From contig NW_026250414.1 of the NCBI RefSeq assembly GCF_024521635.1, forward strand, positions 62,001 to 126,000: DNA of 64,000 nt, in the 5' to 3' direction. The position numbers were made by a program, and so were the translations under genes. The notes under the pieces were generated by a model that was not told where the DNA came from, made no database searches, and worked only from the letters and a program-made list of their open reading frames with translations. Below, piece after piece: positions 50,709 through 61,337 of this stretch (positions are counted from its first letter, which is position 1; each line of letters opens with the position of its first letter). Source of the stretch: Tricharina praecox (Eukaryota).

Positions 50709-51013
50709 GCTTATTTGTTTTTACGTTTGTTGACCTTTTTTGTTTCATTGCAGACAGTATGCCGATTGGCCACCCCGCCCCCACCTCAATCTCCATTCTT
50801 GCACCCTCCCATGGCCTTACAGAAAACGTGATGGTTTGGAAAGACGCCCGCCTCCTATGATGATGTGTCACAACCAGCCGTCGGCCGCCTAAAACCTGAA
50901 TCACGTGAAACCCTCATCTGTGTGACCCGGCAGTTTGTGAACCCACGTCGACGTCATTAGGGCCCGTGGTTCAACTTCAATCACAACTTTAGCTGTTCGA
51001 CACGAACGTGACC

Positions 51014-51770
51014 ATGTCCGTCCTCCGCCTAAGCTCACGAACGATACTGTCGAGACCGACGCGATTACCTCTCACTGGAGCATTCCGGCGGGGGGTGTCC
51101 ACGCTTCCGGACAATCCCGACATAGTGACTACCACCTACCTACCTACGTCGGCGTCTCTGGGTGACAAGCTGCTAACTGGCAGGAACGCAGTACGTCCAC
51201 GACTCCCCGACAGGTTCCGGCCACATCCTTTCCCTCCTCGACTCTGCGCCGCCGAACCCGCGCATCGCCATCGGCACCACCACCGAAATCCCGCCGACCC
51301 CCCAGTCCTTCACCGAGAACCCACACTTCGTCTCGATCCTACAACGCGTAGTGCGCGCGCATGCGGCGGCGGACCCGCGCGTCCAAGCCGACGCGCTGCA
51401 GTTCGCGTCGCACGCTGGTGCTCCGCTGCTCAATAATCAGCGCAGACGAGTGCGGCAGGGCGGCAGTGGAGCCGCAAATTATCAGGGCGGCACGGGAGGT
51501 GGCGGGGTTGGCGGGTGGGTGCACGTTCACGATCAGCGCGCGGTGCCGGCGTTCGGGAGGATTCCGTATCCGGAAGATATCATGGGTAGCTTGCTAGTGG
51601 ATAGCGAGGGCAATATTGTGAATCGTGAGCAGGGCGGAGACTGGGAGGAGAATAGGATGTATCGGTTGGTTACCAGGGCGGGGATCATGACGCTTAGTCC
51701 TTTCTTGAGGGATAGGCTACGTGAGGCTTTGGTAGAGGAGGAGAGGCGGGTGACCGAGAACGATGCATAG
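51014..51770 (+). CDS. Hypothetical protein, probably mitochondrial
   Basis: Arg/Ser/Leu-rich presequence; intron ~51125-51191 with GCTAAC branch; long second exon with GGWVHVHDQRAVPAFGRIPYPEDIMGSLLVD. Confidence 0.8.
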
Positions 51771-52061
51771 CACAAAGGAGGATGGTGTGTTGTCTTGGTT
51801 CTCGTACCCGGGTCTCGCATTCAATTGTGCATTGTATGCCATAGATCCATCCAATACGACCATGAGTACGGTGATTGCTTAACTTCACGTCACTTGTATT
51901 TGCATTATCATGAGTACAATTGCATGTCGCTCAAGATGCCCACCTTTCCAAGTTGAACATGCAGGGACCTGGCCTTAAAACCCGCCCTTCGGATTATTAT
52001 CGTCCAGTACCTTCTCTCCTCTCAGTATTTCGGTTTCACAGACAACTAAGTACTCACCACA

Positions 52062-53235
52062 ATGACCAACATCGTCAATAGAGCTATTCGCCAGTCCGAA
52101 AATGTTAGGAATCGGGTGCATAATCCCTGCCCTCCTGGCGCCCCGCGGGGACTTCTTAATCTCAAGAACGTGTGCTCTCTGAACGCTTTGATACAATGTC
52201 TCTTTCACATCCCGACCGTACGGGACATTATTCTGAACTGGAAAGCAGAATGGAGAGGCTGTTGGTTACCTGATACATCCACCCTCATTTGACTGCCACT
52301 GCTGATAAACTCCATCAGGTCCTTCCGTTGTGCGCAAAATATTCCTCAGGATGATGAGCCACGAAAGCACTGCCGACCAGGGACAGCTGATGGTCCATCT
52401 ACTGCAATGTCTGGCAGGAAACGGCGAAATGCAAGACGTGAGCGAAATGTTCACCACCATACTTTCCAAGCTGGGGTGGGATGGGTTGAACCTATATCCC
52501 ATTTTCAACGCATGGGGACACTCACTCGCCATCCCACTGGCTCACCTCCTCAGCGTGGACATGACCCGCGGTCCCACGAGCGTACAGCAACAGCTAGCGC
52601 ACGGAAGCCAGAGCGAAGAGTTCGGAAGGTGGCCAGAGTGTCTGGTTTTCGAGCTGAATCGCCTGGACTACGCACGTCCTACCGTCAAGAGTCTCCACGA
52701 ATTTCACTTCCCGATCACGCTCGATGTTGGGCCGTACAGCGCCACGGCCAAACAAGCGCCCGTCTACAACCTGCAGTCCGTCATCGTCCATGGGCTCAGC
52801 CACTTCTGGGCGTTTGTCGTGAAGAACGGTTCTCTATGGAAGTGCAACGACGCAGCAGTGTCGGAAGTTAATCCCCAGCCTATCGACACCTTTATAACAC
52901 AAGGCCACCAGGCCACCGTGAGCATGCTCAGTACAGTTTCTCCCATCGATCTTCCCCATTTTGGTTCAAACAGCTGACGAAAAGCAGTTTACAGACGCAG
53001 TGATGCGTGGGGTGCCTCGGCCTTACCAGCCGCCTTCGAACACTCCTCCCAGGCCACACGAACCCAACCTGGCCAGCCGGCGCAGCCTCAGCCGCGGTCG
53101 CGGGGCGGACCATCGGCCCCAGGCGGCAATCCACAGCCGCCGAATCCCTCCGCATGGAGCAGTGGCGGGGGCCGCGGCAACAACACCCGCACGCGACCGC
53201 CTGCGGACAGCCCACCGGAGCCCAGCTCGGTCTAG
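52062..53235 (+). CDS. Compact ubiquitin-specific protease-like protein (peptidase C19)
   Basis: Cys box GLLNLKNVCSLNALIQCLF, MQDVSEM, PECLVFELNR, FPITLDV, His box YNLQSVIVHGLSHFWAFV, WKCNDAAV, and MLIYRR after splicing; introns ~52261-52318 and 52931-52987. Confidence 0.75.
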
Positions 53236-53328
53236 CACACCTTGCCTGCTCTCCGGCACCAGCCCACGCGCGGGACCCTAGCCGTCGCGGCTGGCACGGC
53301 TGGCACGGTGCTACCACTGCGTCCCACG

Positions 53329-53540
53329 ATGCCCACAATGCCTACGATGCCCATAATTCCCACAACGCCCACCATGCCCACCATGCCCAAAATGCCCACA
53401 ATGCCCACAATGCCCACAATGCCCACAATGCCCACAATGCCCACAATGCCCACAATGCCCACAATGCCCACAATGCCCACAATGCCCACAATGCCCACAA
53501 TGCCCACAATGCCCACAATGCCCACAATGCCTACAATGCT
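53329..53540 (+). repeat. 9-bp minisatellite (ATGCCCACA)n encoding (MPT)n
   Basis: 15 perfect units at 53392-53526 plus degenerate flanks. Confidence 0.97.
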
Positions 53541-53877
53541 CACGAAGCCTGCGACGCCCACCAAGCCTGCGACGCCCGCGAAGCCGACGACGCCCGCGAA
53601 GCCGACGAAACCCGCAAAGCTCACGAAGCCCGCGAAACCCACGAAACCCACAAAGCCGCACATCACGGTCCCATTCCTACCCACGGTTCCGCACAATCCG
53701 TTCACGCACGGCGTCACGCTCGCGAACTACATCAAGCCCAAATCGAGGCTTCGCGGTTCTCGCACTGCGGCCCCGGCTGCGGCACGAACTCCAGCGCAGG
53801 ATTGGGGCAAGCCGGAGCCTGAAGGCGAGTCCGTGCTGTCGGGGGTGGGGGAGGGGGAAGATACTAATAACTTGGCT

Positions 53878-53940
53878 GATGCTGGTGATGCTGGTGATGC
53901 TGGTGATGCTGGTGATGCTGGTGATGCTGGTGATGCCGGA
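53878..53940 (+). repeat. 9-bp minisatellite (GATGCTGGT)n encoding (DAG)n
   Basis: Directly visible, 6-7 units. Confidence 0.95.
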
Positions 53941-54269
53941 GCTGGTTCCTCGGAACGCACTCAGTCTCCCGGGGTGGGGTGATATAGCTGAGGGAGTGTT
54001 GGTGCATTGCATTGTGCGTACACTTTGGATTTGTAACTATGTTTTGGTAATTGAGAGCGGGTGTATACCCAGTACTACGTGCGATACGTGCTTCTACGAG
54101 TCATGATTCGTGACGAATTGTTTGGATGTCCGCCACCGCGTTTTTCTAGGTGCTCAACACTAGAGTATTGGCACTACCCCAGCACCAAATCCGCCACCTG
54201 CATACGCCGGCTGATCTCCGCGCAGTGCCGGGAATCCAGGCAGATGCAAAAGCGAGAAAAAGCAAAAGA

Positions 54270-54351
54270 TGGAGGACTTGGGAATCGAACCCAAGACCTT
54301 CTCAAGTCACGATGATGCGAATGAGACGTTATACCCCTAAACCAGACCCCC
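54270..54351 (-). tRNA. tRNA-Ala(CGC) with 10-nt intron
   Basis: Exact reverse complement of 55015-55096. Confidence 0.93.
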
Positions 54352-55014
54352 ATATCATAACCATAAGCCAGAATAGCGGCATATAGTGCAAAAAACCCAG
54401 ATCCGAAGCAGTGAAATTAACCGAGCGGCAACCGCGACTTCCCCAGTGCCTCACTGGTTCACAAACAGAGTGTAGCAAACCCACCTGTATCCGGCCGCTG
54501 CGCGATGTGGATATAGAACAGCCTACGTATGATCTTCTGGCCGGCCGATCCGTCGTCCGGGCATTCGTGCTTTCGTGCATCACAGCGCCGTCACTCGATC
54601 CTGTTACCCGTGCCCACTGCCGCAGCGACCCCCGCTTTGCAGCTTCGATCGCTTGTATGATATGCATACTGCGTACGTACATGTGGATGCAGTTGATGCA
54701 TTTGATGCAATGGGTGCGTAAGATGGGCTCCACACTCTGGTGGGTTTTTTTTCCACAGACAATCCGGTGTGGCCTTCGTGGGACTCGCTCGAAATCTAGG
54801 ACGTGGCCGGGGGGTTAGGCTACTCGATGGGGGTCTGCGTGTATGTCGGCCGCCGGGAATTCACCACTTCATTGGAAGAGGTAATCCACAGTCTTCGGAG
54901 GTTTAAACTTCAAAGTCGTAGCTGGCAAGGATTATGTTACCGCGTGATCGATTGCGTCTTTGATTTTTGTGATTACGGCTCAGTTTTGCCATTATCGCTC
55001 GGTGATCATGATAT

Positions 55015-55096
55015 GGGGGTCTGGTTTAGGGGTATAACGTCTCATTCGCATCATCGTGACTTGAGAAGGTCTTGGGTTCGATTCCCAAGTCCTCCA
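55015..55096 (+). tRNA. tRNA-Ala(CGC) with 10-nt intron
   Basis: Same as 35300-35381 except one intron base (TCATCGTGAC vs TAATCGTGAC). Confidence 0.93.
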
Positions 55097-58000
55097 TCTT
55101 TTGTTGTTTTGTTGATGGCGTGTCCTCCTCCCAGTCTCCTCAGTCCCGGCATTCCGTCACAGTAGTGTACCATACATGGTCCTGCAGCGGTAGCCTATGT
55201 AAAGCCTAAAGCTTCGAAACCTCCTTCCCCGCAGGCTGATAGTTCCCCCTACCCTGCCGATTCACAGCCGCGACGACATTCACGTCTTCTTCCGCCTGCT
55301 AATCGATTCCGCCGCGTTTTTTGCTGTGGCTGTTGTCAGATGCGGTTCGGGGTCGCGGTTGGTAGTTTCCGCCGCCTTGACGGTTGACTTCGGCGGTGGT
55401 TTCGAAATCTTCGTCGGATGAGGGAGACGACAGCATGGGTTGGTTTAGTGGGTCGGGGGCGGCGGGCGGCTTTGCGGTCGCTGGGGCGTTCGGGGACATG
55501 AATGTGTTGTTCGCGGAGGATGGATGGACTGGTGGACTGGTCGAGAGGGACTGGTCGAGAGGGACAGCCGGTGCCGGCGCGCGTTTATATCCTCCTCCGG
55601 GAAACAGGTCGACCACCACCACCACCGCGTGTGACGTTAGTATGAGAGGTTTTCCTAGGGAGTATCAAGAAAAGCGGAAGGGACGTCCGGCGAGCCGTTG
55701 CCGACGGTGGGTGAGTGAAGGTGAGGTTCCGCGGCAGCGCTTAATCGCGAGTTAGCTGTCATTAATGCATGTCTCACCAAGGCAGAACCCCACATAACCA
55801 CGTTGCCAGTTGGAGGAGCTTATTCGATCGCTCGCTCGCACGATGTTGCGTTGTTCGTCTCGTCGGCAGGTATTGCGATTGGCCCGAGTCGCTGGTGCGG
55901 CTGGCGGCTGCTGGCTGGCGGCCGTCACATCATGCAAAACGGCATGGGTGGGAATGATGGATGGCTGACGGTCGGGTCTGTCCAACGTCTGTCCGTCGTC
56001 GTCGAGTCCGTGACGGCTGGCGGTGTAGCGGAGTGATAAGTAGTTGTCGGCGAGAGGAGGATCTGTCGGTGGGAGAAAACGGCTGTCGGTGGGAGAAAAC
56101 GAATGCGGTTAGTAGTGGGCATCAACGTTGGCGGGCATGGCGGGGTCGTTTTCTTCTTCTTCTTTCTTGATCATCATCTATCGAACAGATAGTCAACCCC
56201 CACCTCCTTTCTCTCCTCCATGTGCGCTTCATTTATCTTCAGGCCTGGAGAGGCATTCGCAAAGAGCCGTCACAAAAACGGCTAACGGGCCTATTATTTT
56301 TCTCTCACTCGGCCACCGCCGGTGGGGGTCGCTCGAGTGCCACAGGGGTTGCGGGGCCGTATCGGCGGCACGGCCATGTCGATATCGGTGGGGATATGTA
56401 CGAGACGGCCATGTCACATCAGTATACAGAGCTATTCTTGGCTCGTCTACGGTCTACTCACCGTCTCACTCTCAGTCTCGGACTGTCCCACGCCCAGAGC
56501 AGAACGAAAAAGGTCCCAGGATCTTTCCCGCTTGCCGGACCAAAAACCCCGTGTTCTCGATAGGTATCCTGCATGGCCATGGGGCCCTTGATATGCATAT
56601 TCTGTGCACACGTTTCTCAGTCACTCTGTCCCGTTCTGCGAGCTCTGCTCTTATCGGCCGTATCATACCAGATATGCCCCACCACGATACGATAGTCGGG
56701 ATCCTACGGAGAGTATGTACATACACACGCACCGAAGAATCACCGTTTCGATTGCTCCACCCTGCGATCGAACCTCGCATAGGTACGTGCAGCTTCCGAA
56801 ACCCACCTCCCATATGGCATAGCACCGGTACCGTACCGTATCTGACCGCCTCCGGACTAATTAGGCAGATCGTCAAGCGCACGAATTGTCGTCAGGGACC
56901 TCCACGACCACGACCACGACCACTCGGACGCGTCTCGTGGCATCGTGCAGAGGAAGATGTAGAATTACATGGCACATAGCCGTGGGTATGGGCTCACCAA
57001 CTCGATGGTGTTATCCACCGCTTACGCCGCCGCCACAGTCCATGGAGGCTAGCTAGGCTGCCAGCCGTGGTTGCTTACCGACCGGTGATGGGCCAGATCT
57101 ATCATCTATGTTTCATGCGTTACGGGCGGGCGGGTGCCTCGGGTGCCTGCGCTGTGCATGTAGAGTACAGCGAGGTCGAGCCGAGCCGGGGAATTCAAGC
57201 ACTCTCGTCGTCCACGATCCTTACCCGGGCCAGGTCATTCGTTCTCCTTGCAAGTCGCGTCGCAGGTGCATAGCCCACTACCCGTCTCGACTCTTTATGG
57301 GGAGGATGAGGATAGAGCTGGTCAGCGGGACGGAGCATATGCACCCACCCTTTTTTCCGTCCGGAGGGTCAACGAGCAGGAACAGGAACAGGAGCAGGGA
57401 AGGGAAGGGAAGGAGCACTGCTTCATCTCGGAAAGCTACACCTTGTATCGTATCGTACGAAACAGGATCCTACCCGTCTCAGCCAGCCAGCCGGCGGCAT
57501 CCCGTTCCCGTCTCGGCTCGCTCGATCGATTGTCCGAATTATATGTAACCCTGTCGACGTTCGTGATACACGGGTGTCGGTACGGGTAGGTACAGACAAC
57601 AGGACAGGAAACAGGAAACGCTATGGGGGAGACGGGGAACCTGATCGGCGTCGTATTCCCGGTTTCGCCCATTCGATTCGGAGTACGCCCTCCGGATCAT
57701 CTCGTCGTGTCTTTCTGTCTTCATGTCTTTCTGTCTTTATGTCTTTCCACACCTACATACCTGACATGGCGGGAACTGTGACTACCTCACCCGCAATGAA
57801 ACGCCTTTTTGCTTTTCCTTTTCCTTTCGTGCTGGCCCCTGGGAGACGGTATGGAGATGGCGCCGAACGGGATCGAACCTGAACGATTCCTGTAACTATA
57901 GCTCACGAACTCTCAGCTCCAGATAGGTACAGTTGTCTGGCCCCGTATGAATGTACGAGTCCTTTACCGCACTGTACTACGCTGCCTCCCATCCACCCTC

Positions 58001-59743
58001 CCACAATCCACCTCGATCCAGGCACAATAGCAACTCATAATATGGCATATGTGCATAGGTACTCGCAGTTATGCTTCATATCACGCACTCACCCGCTACG
58101 CTACGTTACATACGCTACTCATCCTCCCAAGAGCCAAGGGTCAAGAGTCAACTTTCTAGAGTCAAGACGCCTCTTTGTCTCTTGTCTCATGTCTCTTGTC
58201 TCATCATGGCGGTGGCAAGCAGATCACCCCCATCCATGTAGGCGAAGAAAAAGCCGTTCCGTCACGAGCAAACAAGGCGAGCAAATCAGGGACCTGTTCC
58301 TAACCCCAGGCCCACTCTGGTCAGGCCAGTAATGAGAAAAAGCACCAGCCGTATACATGTAATTCCTCACCCTCACCCTCACCCCCACCCAAGGGCCAAC
58401 CGTACGACCGCGCCGCGCCACGTGGAAGGGTGGAAGGGTGGAAGGATGGAAAAAAAGGCCCAATGGTGAAACCGCCCCTCACTCCTCTCCCCCGTTCACT
58501 CTTCCTCCCCATCCCCCGTCCGAGTTCATGTTCATTGTCCGTTTCGCTGCCGGCCAGGGTGAGGGGCGCGGGTACGGACAGTGCACCGCTAGAATATGAG
58601 GGGGTGCAGTGCGTGAGTGGGTGGGTGGGTGGTGGGGGGCGGACTCCGCAAAGCAAGGGCAGATGGCCCAAGGACGAGCGGCGACCGGCGTCATCGCTGC
58701 ATCATACATAGGTGGCCGTGGCCAACTCCGCGCCGCACAGCAGGCGAGGCTGGCGCGCAGCAGCCTCCTCCTAAGCTCAGGCTCCTCAGCCCACCGTAAT
58801 AGCTAAGTCTCGGCGCCCTCAACAGTCCACCCCCCTCTCAGCCCTCTCAGCCCACCCCATCCCCCATCCCCCATCCCCGCCGCCCATCTGCTGCGGCCCC
58901 ACTGCTGCTACTGCTGCCCCAGTGCTACGGCAAACCCCGTCGTCGTTGTCGTCGTCGGCACCGCGGCCGTGGCCGTGGTAAACCGGCATTCCTTACGAGT
59001 CTTGGGAGTTACGAACTTACGATACCGTGAAAAGTCTAGCCTAGCCTTTGTATGTAGCTCGCGAGCTCCGCGAGCCCCGCCGCCAAGTTCTAACTAGCTT
59101 CCGTTGATCAGTGATCAGTGTCTTCGAAGCTCGAACTTGGCAATTGCATTTGCATGTGCTCACTCCCTCCCTCCTCTACTAGTGAGCATGGACTGTTGAG
59201 TCCACTGGGACTGACCGGCCATTCACCACATGCCTCTTGGCCAAAGAAGTTAGCACGGTTTCTCACTCGATTCGACTCGCGGATTGCTGTCCATTCTGTC
59301 CCGTCCCGACAAAAACGTTTGGCGAATGAGTCCATGTATATACATGGACATTGAAATGGCAGATCTGGCGAGAAAAGGTCTCTTGTGTAGTCCTCATAGT
59401 CTATACAGTAAATCCGAATTAGTCGGTCAAGTTTCCAATCACCAACTCCAACTCCATTTCAATTTCCATTTACAGCACAATCAAATCCAGCACAATCCAG
59501 CACAATCCAGCACAAAATCCAGCACAAGCCGATCCTTGCCTTGCCTTGCCTTACGGCCAAGCACTGTGAGCAGCATTGTATTGCAAAATCATTATTTTAA
59601 CCCTTTCATTATACTTTTCATTATACATTTGTTTACAGAGTTCCATATTTCCCATTCCCCATTTCCCATTTCCATTTCCATTTATCCCCCCCTCCCAACC
59701 CCCAACCCCCAACCGAAATCCAATCCAGAAATTCACACCCAAT

Positions 59744-59923
59744 ATGTCGCAAGAAGGCACCCTCCCGCCCACGCCCAAGTCCACGCCCCGTTTTTACCTC
59801 ACGCCCTCCCCTCCCTCCCTCCCCAAGCCCTCACGCCCTCCCTCAAGCCCTTCCTCCCCTCCATCCCCACCCTCCCCACCCGCCCACCGCCCACTGCCCA
59901 CCGGCAGCCCACCCATTCGCTAA
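59744..59923 (+). CDS. Possible 59-aa Pro/Ser-rich microprotein
   Basis: ATG in good context (AATATGT) after a CA-rich, UTR-like leader; MSQEGTLPPTPKSTPRFYLTPSPP... Confidence 0.3.
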   Translation: MSQEGTLPPTPKSTPRFYLTPSPPSLPKPSRPPSSPSSPPSPPSPPAHRPLPTGSPPIR

Positions 59924-60019
59924 ACAAAAAAACCGCAGATAAAAAAAAAACCTGATTAGATCCCAAGACGTAACAAAACAAAACAGCTGTTCAGTACTCA
60001 GTGCTCAGAAAGAAAACAC

Positions 60020-61053
60020 CCCCTGCCCCGCCCCCCCCCCCCCCCCCCCCCCCCCCCCCCAGTCCCCGCCGCGGTAAGATAACGAAAGGCAACGCAAAAT
60101 TCCTGTCTTTCTGTGCTTGTACACTGTAGAGTCCAGTCCATATCTCACCCGCCCGCCCTCGCCAAACCATCCCATCCGCCTGCTCCCATCCATATCCATA
60201 CCATCCGCCCAGCCATCCCATCCATCCATCCCATCCATCCAAAAACCGAAAGAAAAACAACTGAATAAAAACACATTGCTTTTCGTGTTGTAAAATCAAC
60301 CCATCCGAGCCCAATCCACCCCATCCATAAAAATAAACAAGCGAACAAAAAACGTTGCATACAAATCCAAACAAAAGTGCACAAAACACCCCACCAAGCC
60401 CACCTCCCACCTTCAACAAGCTGAAATAAAGAAACCCTCCCTTGTCCTCCCCGTCCTCGCCCCCCTCCCTCTGCCCCCGGGAAGGTGGGACCGGAAATAG
60501 GCAAGTTGAAAGCCCGATGCGAAGTGAAGGGCACAAAAACGGTAGCCAAAAAAGCAAACGCGTGCATTGCAGTAGGTAGGAGCCCAAATAAAATCAAACA
60601 AAATATCAAATATCAAAATCAAATACAGATGACCGCCACCAAGACCAAGAACCAAGACCAGGTAAGAAGTAGGAACCGAAAATAACATGCGAGAGAGAAA
60701 ATGAAATCATTCCAGGCCCCGATTAAATAAAAAACTCAAGAAAACCCGATTTTTAGCGAGAAAAGAGAGAGAGAGACAGAGGGTGAAAGAAAAAAATGGA
60801 ATCACCGACGAGAAAAAAAAATATGTACGTATATCCGAAATTAACAACGAATCAAAAAAAACCAGAATTAAAAAAACAAGGAGGCAAGCAGGCAACAAAC
60901 AAGGGATTAGAAGAAACAAACAAACAAACAAAACAAACAAAACAAAACAAAACAAAATAAAACAAAACAAAACAAAACAGAACAGAACAGAACAGAACAG
61001 ACAAGACAAGACAAGACAAGACCTTACTCCCCCTTAGCAAAAACCCTCTAATG

Positions 61054-61085
<32 letters not shown>
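60020..61085. repeat. Simple-repeat-rich tract: poly-C, (CCAT)n, (AAAAC)n/(AGAAC)n/(AAGAC)n, (CA)n
   Basis: Directly visible; lies downstream of the wetA stop codon. Confidence 0.9.
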
Positions 61086-61086
<1 letters not shown>

Positions 61087-61337
61087 TAACAGGTGTAACC
61101 AAGATCCGTAGCCGTCCGGTCTCTCTCCTTGCTTTCAAACTTCCATCCATCTCATCTCGCGCCGCCGCCTCCTCACTTCCTCATGTGGTGGTGGTGGGAA
61201 AAAAATACAAAAAAAATCCCAGGTGGAAAATAAATACCGGCCATGTAATGTAGTCCAGGGGTGGTAGTGGTGGTGGGGTGTGGGACATTTCAGGCTGAGA
61301 CATGGTATGCAGCTGCTAGGTTCCTAATGGGCGGTCG

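Noticed and set aside
53232-53717. ORFs encoding (GIV)n, (CGH)n, (WAL)n and (AHN)n
   Set aside because: Alternative readings of the 9-bp minisatellite; only the MPT frame is collinear with the USP gene.
55299-55625. Short minus-strand ORF (MSPNAPATAKPP...)
   Set aside because: Possible small gene but no motif support.
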